UHGV virus genome: UHGV-0214457 | Reading direction: 5' to 3' (one strand) | Length of the DNA stretch: 44,781 bases | Source of the DNA: a virus | Shown: positions 26,490-35,581 of the stretch, piece after piece | Layout: each line of letters begins with the position of its first letter | Position numbering within the stretch: position 1 is the first letter of the stretch | Position numbers and translations under genes: made by a program | Notes under the pieces: generated by a model | The model's database searches: none | Seen by the model: the letters and a program-made list of their open reading frames with translations, nothing else | What the model was told of the DNA's origin: nothing

Positions 26490-27112
26490 TACTGTTCTCC
26501 TTTACCGAATAAATGTAGGTTACTGGCGATTGCAGACTGGCGCTCAGACGGGTCTTTAATCGCTTCAATATCCTTTCGTGTCATAGTTCCTGGCGTATTC
26601 TGCTTACCTACTGGTGCGGTAAACCTCGCCATGTTCTGCTGTACCTGCTGCTGTGCATCATCAACAAAAGCCGAAGCATCTTTTTCTTTCATTTGAGACA
26701 AAAGGTCATTCAGCCCCAGAATTTTACCATCTTTCAGTTTTAAACCGGCCTCTTTTACTTCTGCCATAATTGCACGTTTAGCCGCTTCGCTGGAAAACTT
26801 AATACCCTCAAATTCCGTTTTCAGAGCGTCCGAAAAGTCACGCGCGTAAAGCTGCTCCTGGGCTTTTTTCTCGGCTTCCGTAGCTTTCTGTTTCCAGTCA
26901 GATATTTCCCTCTGCATCGTCTCCAGGTCAACCCCTTCAAAGCCTTTCAGCGTTGCTTCTGCTGCTTCTGCTTTTTCTTTCCAGGTATCCCGGTCCGCGC
27001 TCAGATTGTCGTTTTCTTTCTGCAACTTTTTGAGGTCTTTCCCATTTTCAGCCATGACAAAAGATATCTGTTCCTCTGTCAATCCCTGTGCTTTTAATTC
27101 TTCGGTTTTCAT
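26489..27112 (-). CDS. scaffolding protein
   Basis: coiled-coil, Lys/Glu-rich, directly upstream of the capsid gene. Confidence 0.6.
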   Translation of the reverse strand: MKTEELKAQGLTEEQISFVMAENGKDLKKLQKENDNLSADRDTWKEKAEAAEATLKGFEGVDLETMQREISDWKQKATEAEKKAQEQLYARDFSDALKTEFEGIKFSSEAAKRAIMAEVKEAGLKLKDGKILGLNDLLSQMKEKDASAFVDDAQQQVQQNMARFTAPVGKQNTPGTMTRKDIEAIKDPSERQSAIASNLHLFGKGEQ

Positions 27113-27308
27113 TGATGATTCTCCTTTTCCGTTATTAGGTTATTTGTAGGTGTGTAACCGTCCACCAACGGTTGCCATTTTGTAGGACTTGACTTGTCCA
27201 AAAACGCACATGCCGGAAATTGCATCCGCTTTTCAACCTCCAGGCTGTTCACGCTATGCGCTAGAACCTGTTTCTTTTAAGGACATGTGCTATAGGAGGG
27301 AGGTCAAT

Positions 27309-27369
27309 ATAAAGAAAGAGCCAAACAAACTCTTGCATCTGTTTGGCTCTGCGTCTGGCGTCTGGCTCT
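27309..27369 (-). terminator. rho-independent terminator (11-bp stem AGAGCCAAACA/TGTTTGGCTCT plus U-run) with a 5' AGAGCCAGACGCCAGACGC flank
   Basis: read directly; located between the accessory cassette and the scaffold gene. Confidence 0.5.
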
Positions 27370-27373
27370 AAAG

Positions 27374-27559
27374 TTATGTTGCAGGTGATAAACCACTTTT
27401 ATCTAAATCACTTGCTTTTCCTTTTGCAATATTCATTATGGATGTATTCTTGCATACAGGGCAAAATACGGGAAGGTTTTTCGCAACCGTATCTGGTCGT
27501 ATTTTAGTCCGAGTTTTATTGTTACATATAGGGCAGTACACCCAACTGTCTTTTACCAT
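27374..27559 (-). CDS. cysteine-rich KTR-motif zinc-ribbon protein
   Basis: CPICNNKTRTK...CPVCKN. Confidence 0.55.
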   Translation of the reverse strand: MVKDSWVYCPICNNKTRTKIRPDTVAKNLPVFCPVCKNTSIMNIAKGKASDLDKSGLSPAT

Positions 27560-27676
27560 GTTTTCACCCTTTTTTCACCCTTTCTGCTTATTCCTACTCC
27601 CATTTTACCGTATTCGCAAATAATAATCGTCCCCACATTTTTCAAAGGCGGCAGGATTTTTCCTACCGCCAATGTG

Positions 27677-28216
27677 TTACACCATATTGCGTAACTTCTC
27701 AATATATCTCTTCATGGTTTCTCTTTCTTCCCGGCAGTCAGCATCTTTCGACATTTCGCCTAACTCTTCTGTCAGTTCGTCCATATGCTCTTCCAAGGCT
27801 GCAAGCATACGGCGCTTGCAATCTTCATCTTTTCCACCACTTCTGTAGCTCTGCTTCTGATTCATGTAGTCATCATAGGCCGGACCGGTCGCACGGCTGT
27901 AGTGTCCTCTGACGTAATGTTTTCCGCGTGTGCCGCGATATGAGCTGTCATTATCATAGTCCTGTGACATTCCATCAGCACGGCTATAACGTCCCATGCT
28001 GTCGCGCTTGCGACGCGCTTCGCTGTATTCTCCGCCGTCCATTTCGTCCATTACCTGATTGTAGTACTCTTCTTTGCACTTCCAGTACTCCACATTCTCC
28101 ATGTCTTTCCACATGTCAATCAGTTTGTATGCGTTTTCAAGGTTGCTGGTGTTAAGGCCCTTCTCCGCAATATTGTCCAGCTCTTCGTGGATTTTTTGCA
28201 TTAATTTATAACTCAT
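27677..28216 (-). CDS. hypothetical charged Tyr/Asp/Arg-rich protein
   Basis: ORF; low-complexity middle region. Confidence 0.45.
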   Translation of the reverse strand: MSYKLMQKIHEELDNIAEKGLNTSNLENAYKLIDMWKDMENVEYWKCKEEYYNQVMDEMDGGEYSEARRKRDSMGRYSRADGMSQDYDNDSSYRGTRGKHYVRGHYSRATGPAYDDYMNQKQSYRSGGKDEDCKRRMLAALEEHMDELTEELGEMSKDADCREERETMKRYIEKLRNMV

Positions 28217-28228
28217 AGCCTTACCTCC

Positions 28229-28627
28229 TTAACCTATTCTGCTAACAACAAGGTTAGCGTCTGATACTGTCGCCGCTGCGGTTCCAACGTTTTTCACCGA
28301 CAGGGTAGCACAACATGGCTTGCACACTCGTACTTCTGCAGTTGCTGCTCCATTGATTGTTGCGCCGGCGGCAACTGTGTTCTGGATTCTTGCACCGGGG
28401 ATGCCTTCGCCGTCCTGCTGCACTTCAAAAATAACGTCACCTGCTGCGGCTGCGGAAAAGTTTCCGTTAAAGCCTACACGGTACAGGCCAGGAAGTAAAA
28501 CTACTCTCCCAGAAAGTGGCTCATGTCTTATGTTTGGACAATTGCAAGAATATATCCGGTTTGCTGCAAACAAAACACTTGCATTGACTTCAACGGTCTG
28601 TGTACCAGCAGTTACAAAATCTGCCAT
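28229..28627 (-). CDS. BclA C-terminal-domain-like (C1q/TNF-like) beta-rich protein
   Basis: Ala/Gly/Thr/Val-rich beta pattern ...ANLVVSRIG; weak resemblance only. Confidence 0.35.
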   Translation of the reverse strand: MADFVTAGTQTVEVNASVLFAANRIYSCNCPNIRHEPLSGRVVLLPGLYRVGFNGNFSAAAAGDVIFEVQQDGEGIPGARIQNTVAAGATINGAATAEVRVCKPCCATLSVKNVGTAAATVSDANLVVSRIG

Positions 28628-28692
28628 AATAATTCCTCCTTATATGCACAGAAGGGCAAGCCTGTGCCTACCCCTCCATGTGTGTAATACTA

Positions 28693-28929
28693 CTATTCAG
28701 TAGACATGTCCTTTTCGGACAAGATACGCAATATGCGGTTGTTCTGGTCGATAATCTTTTCCATGTATTCTTTATTTTGCTGTTGAAGCGCTTCCATAAT
28801 ATCATTATTGGAAGCTTCTCCTAAAAGCAAAAACACATCAATCATTTGTAATGCTGTTGCATATAGGGCAAGATTATCGTAAAACTGCTCGTTCCGATTT
28901 AGCATCCGCATCCATTGTTGCATCCACAA
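28693..28929 (-). CDS. hypothetical protein
   Basis: ORF. Confidence 0.35.
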   Translation of the reverse strand: MWMQQWMRMLNRNEQFYDNLALYATALQMIDVFLLLGEASNNDIMEALQQQNKEYMEKIIDQNNRILRILSEKDMSTE

Positions 28930-29606
28930 CCGCAGTTAGATGCGTATGGATATGGTGCAGGGACCGTGTAAGACGGTACAGGCTGCGGCTGACGAAGCTG
29001 TGCAACGATAGTGTTACCAACTGCATCAATAAAGCCGTTCTGGGCAGTCTGGCTTGCCTGGAACCTAAGAGTCTGATTTTCTGCCTGGAGGCTGGAAATC
29101 TTGTCCTGAGTCAAGAAGTCAAGGATGGCCCTGGTGTTGCTGTTGTTGTTATCCAGTAAATCCCTTGTTGCGTTCTGGATTGTATTTCTGGTATCACATG
29201 ACTGTGTAGCCAGATTGTAGTTTACTCCGTCAATTGCGCGCTGTGTCTGGCAGCAGCAATCCTGGAGCTGATAGCCCATCTGGCATAAGCTGCGGTCAAC
29301 ACCGTTGAATCCGCTGGTGATAGTGTTGTTCAGTGCGTATGTGCTGTCACAGATACCCTGCTGGATACCTCTAATTCCGTTTTCTATACCATTCAAAGCA
29401 AAGCCCTCATTGATATCTGCTCTGGTTGCAAGACCCTGGAGTCCCGCGCCATTTGCACCGTTGCCGCCGAAGCCATTGCCCCAGCCTCCCCCGGCAAAAA
29501 GGAAGAGAACGATAATCCAAATCCAGTCGCCCCACATACCGTCACCATTTCTGTTATTGTTTCCTGTAGCGGCTGCAATGTCCGCTAAAGAGTAACCACT
29601 TTCCAT
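28899..29606 (-). CDS. Gly-rich membrane protein with Cys clusters (CCCQTQ, C-terminal NCGCGCNNGCGC)
   Basis: TM segment WIWIIVLFLFAGGGW flanked by Gly/Asn runs; terminal Cys-Gly repeat. Confidence 0.5.
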   Translation of the reverse strand: MESGYSLADIAAATGNNNRNGDGMWGDWIWIIVLFLFAGGGWGNGFGGNGANGAGLQGLATRADINEGFALNGIENGIRGIQQGICDSTYALNNTITSGFNGVDRSLCQMGYQLQDCCCQTQRAIDGVNYNLATQSCDTRNTIQNATRDLLDNNNSNTRAILDFLTQDKISSLQAENQTLRFQASQTAQNGFIDAVGNTIVAQLRQPQPVPSYTVPAPYPYASNCGCGCNNGCGC

Positions 29607-29659
29607 AAATATTTACTCCTTTAAATTTATTTACAAAATCATGCGCATTGATTTATGTA

Positions 29660-29908
29660 CTATTTTTTCATGCCTCCAAGCATCTGCTGAAACTGCTGTG
29701 CCATCTGCTGGGCTTGGTCTAACTGCTGTTGAGTTATCTGCCCAGATTGTAGCATCTTCTGCACTTCTTCCTGGGGGTTCCCTTTGAAATTGTTCTTAAA
29801 TTCCATAAACTTTTGAATCATCTGCATTGGGTTGTTTCCCCCGCCCATTCCAGGCATCATGCCGCCCATTGGTGAGCCGCCGCCCAACATGCTAAATAAT
29901 GGATTCAT
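29660..29908 (-). CDS. Gly/Met/Gln-rich low-complexity small protein
   Basis: MLGGGSPMGGMMPGMGGGNNPMQ...QQQLDQAQQMAQQFQQ. Confidence 0.45.
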   Translation of the reverse strand: MNPLFSMLGGGSPMGGMMPGMGGGNNPMQMIQKFMEFKNNFKGNPQEEVQKMLQSGQITQQQLDQAQQMAQQFQQMLGGMKK

Positions 29909-29911
29909 ATA

Positions 29912-30370
29912 TTATTTCCCCTTTCCGCTTGGCGCTGTGCTGGATTCTAAAAGGCCATATAATTCATCATATTTTGCCTTTAAATCCTGATACTCGTTTC
30001 TGGTAACATACTTTTCGTCAAGATTTTCAGCCGGTGCAATTTCCTTCTTCTGACCATTTACAATCTCTTTATATTCAAAAGTGCGGAGTGTTGGCATCCC
30101 TGCCGCATCGGTTGTCTTAATATAAAAATACTCATTTTCGCTGTCCATCAGCAATATAGATGTGCTGGGCGCTACTAAATACGACTTTGCCCCGGCCTCA
30201 CCCTGCACCCATAATATTCCCTGGTTGGTCTGCGGGACCTGTGGAACCTGCGTCTGTTGCGGCATCTGGTATGGTGCCTGTAGCTGCTGCAATCGGTCCA
30301 TAGGTGGTTGATATGGGTATGCGTTTGGATATGTATTCAGATAGTTTGGATTGATAAATGGTTGCGGCAT
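29912..30370 (-). CDS. Pro/Gln/Tyr-rich N-terminus plus globular C-terminal domain protein
   Basis: ORF; PQ-rich N-terminal 60 aa. Confidence 0.45.
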   Translation of the reverse strand: MPQPFINPNYLNTYPNAYPYQPPMDRLQQLQAPYQMPQQTQVPQVPQTNQGILWVQGEAGAKSYLVAPSTSILLMDSENEYFYIKTTDAAGMPTLRTFEYKEIVNGQKKEIAPAENLDEKYVTRNEYQDLKAKYDELYGLLESSTAPSGKGK

Positions 30371-30477
30371 TATATCCCCTCCGTTCTTTTATATTTCAAT
30401 TATCCCATAAAAAATAAGCCCTTGACAGGTCGTCAAAGACTTATAAAAGTATCAAGAAAGTATTCTAATATCCAAAA

Positions 30478-30663
30478 TCATCCAAACAATTCGTTTAAGC
30501 ATTTTATACACATATCTTTTAATGCTTGCTGTGAAATAGCAACTTGGTCATTGTCTGATAATTTTATTTCAAATCCATTCCATTTTACAGACACCCAATT
30601 CCCCCGCGTGGGTGTTCTTCCACAATTTATAATTAACTCACTTTCATCTGCAAACTGTTTCAA
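30478..30663 (-). CDS. hypothetical protein
   Basis: ORF. Confidence 0.35.
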   Translation of the reverse strand: MKQFADESELIINCGRTPTRGNWVSVKWNGFEIKLSDNDQVAISQQALKDMCIKCLNELFG

Positions 30664-30679
30664 ATTGTTTTCTCCCTTA

Positions 30680-30880
30680 TTAACACACCCTTATGATTTT
30701 GTTGTTTACTTTTCTGCTTAATCTCTTGACTGTGGATACACTTACGTTCATTAGTTCAGCGCAATATTCCAAAGGATAATTTTTAGCCCGGTACTCAAAC
30801 AGTGCCCGTTCTTCATCCGTAAAGTTACAATATGTACGAAAATAGTTTAGTTCTGGCACTGTAAAGTCATATACCTTCAA
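30680..30880 (-). CDS. ArpU-like / sigma-70 region-4-like late transcriptional regulator
   Basis: FTDEERALFEYRAKNYPLEYCAELMNVSVSTVKRLSRKV. Confidence 0.5.
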   Translation of the reverse strand: MKVYDFTVPELNYFRTYCNFTDEERALFEYRAKNYPLEYCAELMNVSVSTVKRLSRKVNNKIIRVC

Positions 30881-30891
30881 CGCAACGCTCC

Positions 30892-31185
30892 TTAAATACC
30901 TTCTGACAAATGCTTTATCATAGCTTCTTTGGTTTTTTTTAAACCCTCTATGTTGTTACCGGTTATACGATTATCAATTAATGCTATCATTCCTTGGCAT
31001 AAAAGAGATTGCATATCTCTTATTTCTTTGATAGATTTATAATCATTTTCCACATTTATTTCTAATTTATCCACTCGGTTTTTTAGCTTAAATGCTGGAT
31101 GCAACAATTTGTATATTACGGCTCCTGCACCTCCAAGAGTAATAAGCCAACCGCATACAACCATAATAGAGTTTAATGTTTCCAT
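30892..31185 (-). CDS. N-terminally membrane-anchored coiled-coil protein
   Basis: IMVVCGWLITLGGAGAVIYKLL TM segment. Confidence 0.4.
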   Translation of the reverse strand: METLNSIMVVCGWLITLGGAGAVIYKLLHPAFKLKNRVDKLEINVENDYKSIKEIRDMQSLLCQGMIALIDNRITGNNIEGLKKTKEAMIKHLSEGI

Positions 31186-31188
31186 AAG

Positions 31189-31569
31189 TTATCGCCTTTC
31201 CCAGTAGTATATTGGTATCTCCTGCCCGCTGTCCCATGTATCCCAGTAATAACCATCCTGCACACACACCACATGCCCTGTAATTGCTAATACGTATGTT
31301 CCCATAGGATTATCCTGACAAAAGTTCTCGACCGTGTATACATCTTGTCCGTGGTCATCCACTATGTACCGCTTAAACCCATTTTGACGTAGGTATGCAC
31401 CCCACACATGATTGGCTGATGGCATATCAGATAGAGCACACGCACATACCGTCACTCCGGCAAATACCGTTTCCCAGTCGCTGTCAAGGGCTTTTGTTAT
31501 AGCCCGGATAGGGCAATCGCCCACACGCTGATTGCGTGGATTAGGATTGAATAGTTTCCATCTGCTCAT
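31189..31569 (-). CDS. hypothetical protein
   Basis: ORF. Confidence 0.4.
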   Translation of the reverse strand: MSRWKLFNPNPRNQRVGDCPIRAITKALDSDWETVFAGVTVCACALSDMPSANHVWGAYLRQNGFKRYIVDDHGQDVYTVENFCQDNPMGTYVLAITGHVVCVQDGYYWDTWDSGQEIPIYYWERR

Positions 31570-32009
31570 TCTTCTTTTCCTTTCGCATTCTGATACCTCC
31601 GCGCTGCTCCCCTAGCCTTTGCGGCCTGCTCCCGGTTCCATCTTGCAATCTGCAATCGTTCCTGCTGGGTGCGCAAGTCGTTCGTTTTACAAAATTCGTT
31701 GTATGCTTTATTCTGACGCTGTAACAAATATGATTTACGGTCAAGTTCAAGCTGCATTTCAAATTTAGCCGGTTCATCCTTGCATTTATCTACAGCTTCT
31801 TGCATTCCCATAACTTCTCGCTTAGTCTTTCTGATGCGCCGTTCAAGCATTCGCTGCCGCTTCTCCAACTGTTCAACCTTGTAATTGTCTGCGGTTTGGA
31901 TGTCCTTATAAGGGTTTCCCTTCCCCTCATAATATGGGCCGAAACTATGACGTTCGACAGTTTGCCCCGCAAATCCCGTCAACCTTTCCCCAACCACAGG
32001 TATCAACAA
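31566..32009 (-). CDS. hypothetical coiled-coil, Arg/Lys-rich protein
   Basis: ORF. Confidence 0.4.
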   Translation of the reverse strand: MLIPVVGERLTGFAGQTVERHSFGPYYEGKGNPYKDIQTADNYKVEQLEKRQRMLERRIRKTKREVMGMQEAVDKCKDEPAKFEMQLELDRKSYLLQRQNKAYNEFCKTNDLRTQQERLQIARWNREQAAKARGAARRYQNAKGKEE

Positions 32010-32031
32010 AATCTGGATACAAACTACTCAT

Positions 32032-32709
32032 TTAATCATCCCCCTTCTTTATCCAATATTTTTCTTCGGCTTTTTCTCTCGCCTCTATGGCTTCATCAAG
32101 ATTATAAAAATACCCTAGATGAATATTGTTTCCGTTTACCATAATGCACGACCTATACTTTATTTCCCCTGTTCTAGTGGTGACTTTTGTAACGCCAGAC
32201 TTTCCCGTTCTGCTGTCTTTTCTTGTTCCCCTATTCCAACAGTTTTCCTGATGTGTTATCCAACGACAATTATCTGGGGAATACCCCTTGTCATTATCTT
32301 TTCTGTCAAGCGTCAAATTATCTGCATACCCATTTTCCATAGACCATTTATAAAAATTGAGAAAACCATTCTCCCCTTGCCACTCATCACATACCTTAAT
32401 ACCTCGTCCTCCATAATTTTCATAGTGTGAGGCAGAAGGATTTTTGCACCGATGAAGTATCCCTCTCCATTCTTTGTGTATTCTGCTTTTGGATTTTCCG
32501 TGAACTAAAGAAGCTTTTGAAATACGTTCTTTTTTTAAACATCCGCATGATTGCGTATGTCCTGTAGTAAGTTTAGCCGTATCAACAAAAACTATATTCC
32601 CACATTCACACTTACACTTCCACTTGTGTATCCAGTTTTCGTGTGTACCATCACCAATCACTGTAAGTCTGCCAAATTTCTGACCTATAAGATTTCTTTT
32701 AGTTCCCAT
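32032..32709 (-). CDS. HNH homing endonuclease with AP2 domain (N-terminal zinc finger)
   Basis: YGGRGIKVCDEW...NGYADNLTLDRKDN..YSPDNCRWITHQEN plus AP2-like TGEIKYRS...YFYNLDEAIEAREKAEEKYW; paralog of 35553..36029. Confidence 0.7.
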   Translation of the reverse strand: MGTKRNLIGQKFGRLTVIGDGTHENWIHKWKCKCECGNIVFVDTAKLTTGHTQSCGCLKKERISKASLVHGKSKSRIHKEWRGILHRCKNPSASHYENYGGRGIKVCDEWQGENGFLNFYKWSMENGYADNLTLDRKDNDKGYSPDNCRWITHQENCWNRGTRKDSRTGKSGVTKVTTRTGEIKYRSCIMVNGNNIHLGYFYNLDEAIEAREKAEEKYWIKKGDD

Positions 32710-32812
32710 TCCGTTCTCCTTTATACGTATATACTCCTTTACGTATATTGTACCATATTTCCAACTTTACGTCCATACGTATTTATGGTATATTCATATT
32801 AGGAGGTGCGAT

Positions 32813-32956
32813 ATGAGCAAAGTCAAATTCACAACCACGATAGACGAAGGTCTTTTGGAACAAATCAAAATCTTGGCAGTCAAGGAAAAATGTTCTGTAT
32901 CTGCTATATTAGAACGGCTCATAAAGGAGCATTTGGGAAAGCCGGAGAGGGATTAA
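32813..32956 (+). CDS. ribbon-helix-helix (CopG/Arc-like) DNA-binding protein, 47 aa
   Basis: MSKVKFTTTIDEGLLEQIKILAVKEKCSVSAILERLIKEHL (beta strand plus two helices); AGGAGG RBS 7 nt before the ATG; not in the ORF track. Confidence 0.5.
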   Translation: MSKVKFTTTIDEGLLEQIKILAVKEKCSVSAILERLIKEHLGKPERD

Positions 32957-33759
32957 GCACCCTCTCTTTTCTTTGCCTTTTCAACCTTATCCCAATCCAC
33001 AGAATATATCCCTGCTTGCCAGTATAAGTGATTTGTATGGTCTGGCCCTCCTGACCCAGTACGCGCGCCTATATGAGCCGAGGTCAACACCAACGAACAA
33101 CCCATTTCTTTCATTCTTGCAAGCGTTATGTCCGCGCACGCCTGAGCCACCCCGGTGCGTACCGCGCGCGCTGTAGCAGTTTCTATAGTGTCTTTATGAC
33201 CTGAAGGGTAATGTATTACTACTCCGACCGATACCACATTATTAACTGCTTCTTTGACAGCCTGTGTGTACGATACAGCCCCAGAAGATACAAGGTGGTA
33301 TGCATTATCACATTCGTTTATAAAAAGCCTTTGTGCGGCTTCTGCTGTGGTCCTAGTATAGTTTTTCCACTCTCCCATTGTTGCATCCATGTTTCGTTCC
33401 ATCAATCGAATAAGCTGCGGTGATTGGGTAAGCGGTGTTGGAGACAAACCAGCAGCTTCATATATTTTATGGTCGTATTCCAGGGCCTTGACTCCAGCTT
33501 CTTCCATTGCGGACTTGATTTCTTTTTCCTGCCGCTTAGTGACTTTGGATAACTCTGCCGTTATGTCCTCCAGCAGATAACCTGCATCCTGCAATATCTG
33601 TATGCGCCATCGGTCAGAGGAGGTGAGCAGGTAATCATCGCCACGGCCTATGCGTATCATCATGCGGTCTATTATCTGACGGATAATGTATGTATGGAGT
33701 TGTGAGGCTATTTCTTCACTTCCTTCTGCGATTCTTGCAAGGTACTCAGGGCTTAACAT
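32953..33759 (-). CDS. head morphogenesis protein (SPP1 gp7-like minor head protein)
   Basis: position after the portal gene. Confidence 0.55.
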   Translation of the reverse strand: MLSPEYLARIAEGSEEIASQLHTYIIRQIIDRMMIRIGRGDDYLLTSSDRWRIQILQDAGYLLEDITAELSKVTKRQEKEIKSAMEEAGVKALEYDHKIYEAAGLSPTPLTQSPQLIRLMERNMDATMGEWKNYTRTTAEAAQRLFINECDNAYHLVSSGAVSYTQAVKEAVNNVVSVGVVIHYPSGHKDTIETATARAVRTGVAQACADITLARMKEMGCSLVLTSAHIGARTGSGGPDHTNHLYWQAGIYSVDWDKVEKAKKREGA

Positions 33760-33865
33760 TTACTCTTCCTTCTTTCCCTTATGTCTAATCGACCATTCAA
33801 ACACTTTCGGAGCAAATGGGCCAAGTGAGATATTGAATACTATCCAAATTAATAAGCTTCTCAAT

Positions 33866-35293
33866 TTATTCCTCCTCAAACATCCTTGTCCCATCCTTCG
33901 GCTGCGCTTCCTGTACCATAGCCTTTGCATCTTCTTCGGATAATCCTTCAAATTTCTGGAAATACATCCAGGACGGGACCTTCCCCTGCACAACATACTG
34001 CCACCATCTTGCTCTGTCCTCTTCACGGTTATATGTAATGTCTCCAAAATCATATGTTATTTCGTAGTTTCCGGCTGGTGCCAGTCCGTACAGGTCCGCA
34101 TATACATTAAGCGCATATATTGCCCCGTCAAGACAACTTTCCAGTTTGTCGCGCACATCCTTGATTAATTGGATAGTGCGGCGGTCATCAGCTTCTACCT
34201 GCGTTGCTGTGACCATACCTGTTTTTTCGTCAAGTACAAAGTACCCGTTGGAGTATCCGCACTTGAATCCAATAAATGAAAGAAGATTATTAATTCCAGT
34301 AAGTCTTATATCAGTATTTAACGATGGATTAATCTCATGGTAAAATTCTCCATTACTATTTCCAAATACATTTCTTACATAATGGGGTAATTTAACTTTA
34401 TTTACTCCTGGGCGTTTTAAATTTCTTCCATCACCAAGCATTAATTGGTCATCAATTAATATAATTTTCTCACTGTCAAATATTTCACCCACATTCCGAC
34501 TATATGCCACATCAAGGTCCTTTAATTCTTCTATGGCCTCGGCAAACATTGGCAATCCCAAAGGTGATGAGATATCCAAATTGTTAGCCTGTGGAGTGCG
34601 GAGTACACCAAACATGGGGCCGTCTATTTTATCATTGTTAGCCTTGAGTATAGGCGGTGTATCTGGAAGTAAGTCAGACCACTTAGTCCTGTTTAATGCT
34701 ATCGGGTCCCCCACACTTTTTGCAGACTGAGACACATAAGCTCTATTGGATATGTAATATGGGTAATAGGTGTTTTCCCCCTCCTTGACCTCGACAAACC
34801 GATGATACTCAAACCGGGTATAATACTTATCATTTTCGCTGTAGCTATCCTTGAATACAATCCCATAGATACCTTCATTGTCACAATCCGTAATAATAAA
34901 GTCCATCGGTGTGAATATGTCCAGTCCCTTTCCATTGGGCTTAAGGATGATTGTGCCGTAGGCCATACCATACTCTACCCAGTGGCGAATCTGGAAATAT
35001 ATCTTGTCAATCTGCTCCTGGAGCCACGCCGCCCGCGCACTCCCATCAATCTGTATTCCGATTGCCAGGGTAGCAAGTCGGGCCGTCTCTGAGCAGATGG
35101 CCTTTGCAAAATTGATTGTCTTAACGTTATCGTCAGCGTTCACCCAATAGGGCGTACCACGGTAGATATTGGCGCACTCTGCAATCTTGCTTTCCATCTC
35201 CGGGGATACTACTGACTCAACATTAAAATCTTCTTCTGCCTGTCGCTTGAATATCATTCCTATCACCTTTTTAGCCCATGTTATTAGTCCCAT
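33866..35293 (-). CDS. portal protein
   Basis: 475 aa directly downstream of the terminase genes. Confidence 0.75.
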   Translation of the reverse strand: MGLITWAKKVIGMIFKRQAEEDFNVESVVSPEMESKIAECANIYRGTPYWVNADDNVKTINFAKAICSETARLATLAIGIQIDGSARAAWLQEQIDKIYFQIRHWVEYGMAYGTIILKPNGKGLDIFTPMDFIITDCDNEGIYGIVFKDSYSENDKYYTRFEYHRFVEVKEGENTYYPYYISNRAYVSQSAKSVGDPIALNRTKWSDLLPDTPPILKANNDKIDGPMFGVLRTPQANNLDISSPLGLPMFAEAIEELKDLDVAYSRNVGEIFDSEKIILIDDQLMLGDGRNLKRPGVNKVKLPHYVRNVFGNSNGEFYHEINPSLNTDIRLTGINNLLSFIGFKCGYSNGYFVLDEKTGMVTATQVEADDRRTIQLIKDVRDKLESCLDGAIYALNVYADLYGLAPAGNYEITYDFGDITYNREEDRARWWQYVVQGKVPSWMYFQKFEGLSEEDAKAMVQEAQPKDGTRMFEEE

Positions 35294-35581
35294 TTAATCA
35301 ACCTTACCTTTGCGCCCCATCAACATATCCAGCCCATTTGCGATTTTACATATATCGTCCGCCATCTTCTTTCGGTTTTCTGGGCTGAATGTTTCTTCTA
35401 ACGCCTCTTTATAAGCCTGTTTCAAGTCTGGATTATCTGCAAAAATCTTCTTTAATTCTTTTTTTGCACAATCTCCACATTTATCCGCTTTATAGGTCAG
35501 TTCTTTTCCACATACAGAACATCTATACTTTATCATGCGCTGTTTCCCCTTCTCATTGATAATGGGCTTGTGGCATAGCAC
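35294..35581 (-). CDS. zinc-ribbon hypothetical protein
   Basis: CSVCGK...CGDC. Confidence 0.4.
   Translation of the reverse strand: MLCHKPIINEKGKQRMIKYRCSVCGKELTYKADKCGDCAKKELKKIFADNPDLKQAYKEALEETFSPENRKKMADDICKIANGLDMLMGRKGKVD

Noticed and set aside
33760-34053. Minus-strand 97-aa ORF overlapping the portal 3' end
   Set aside because: It is in a different frame inside the portal gene, has a highly basic junk-like sequence and no RBS.
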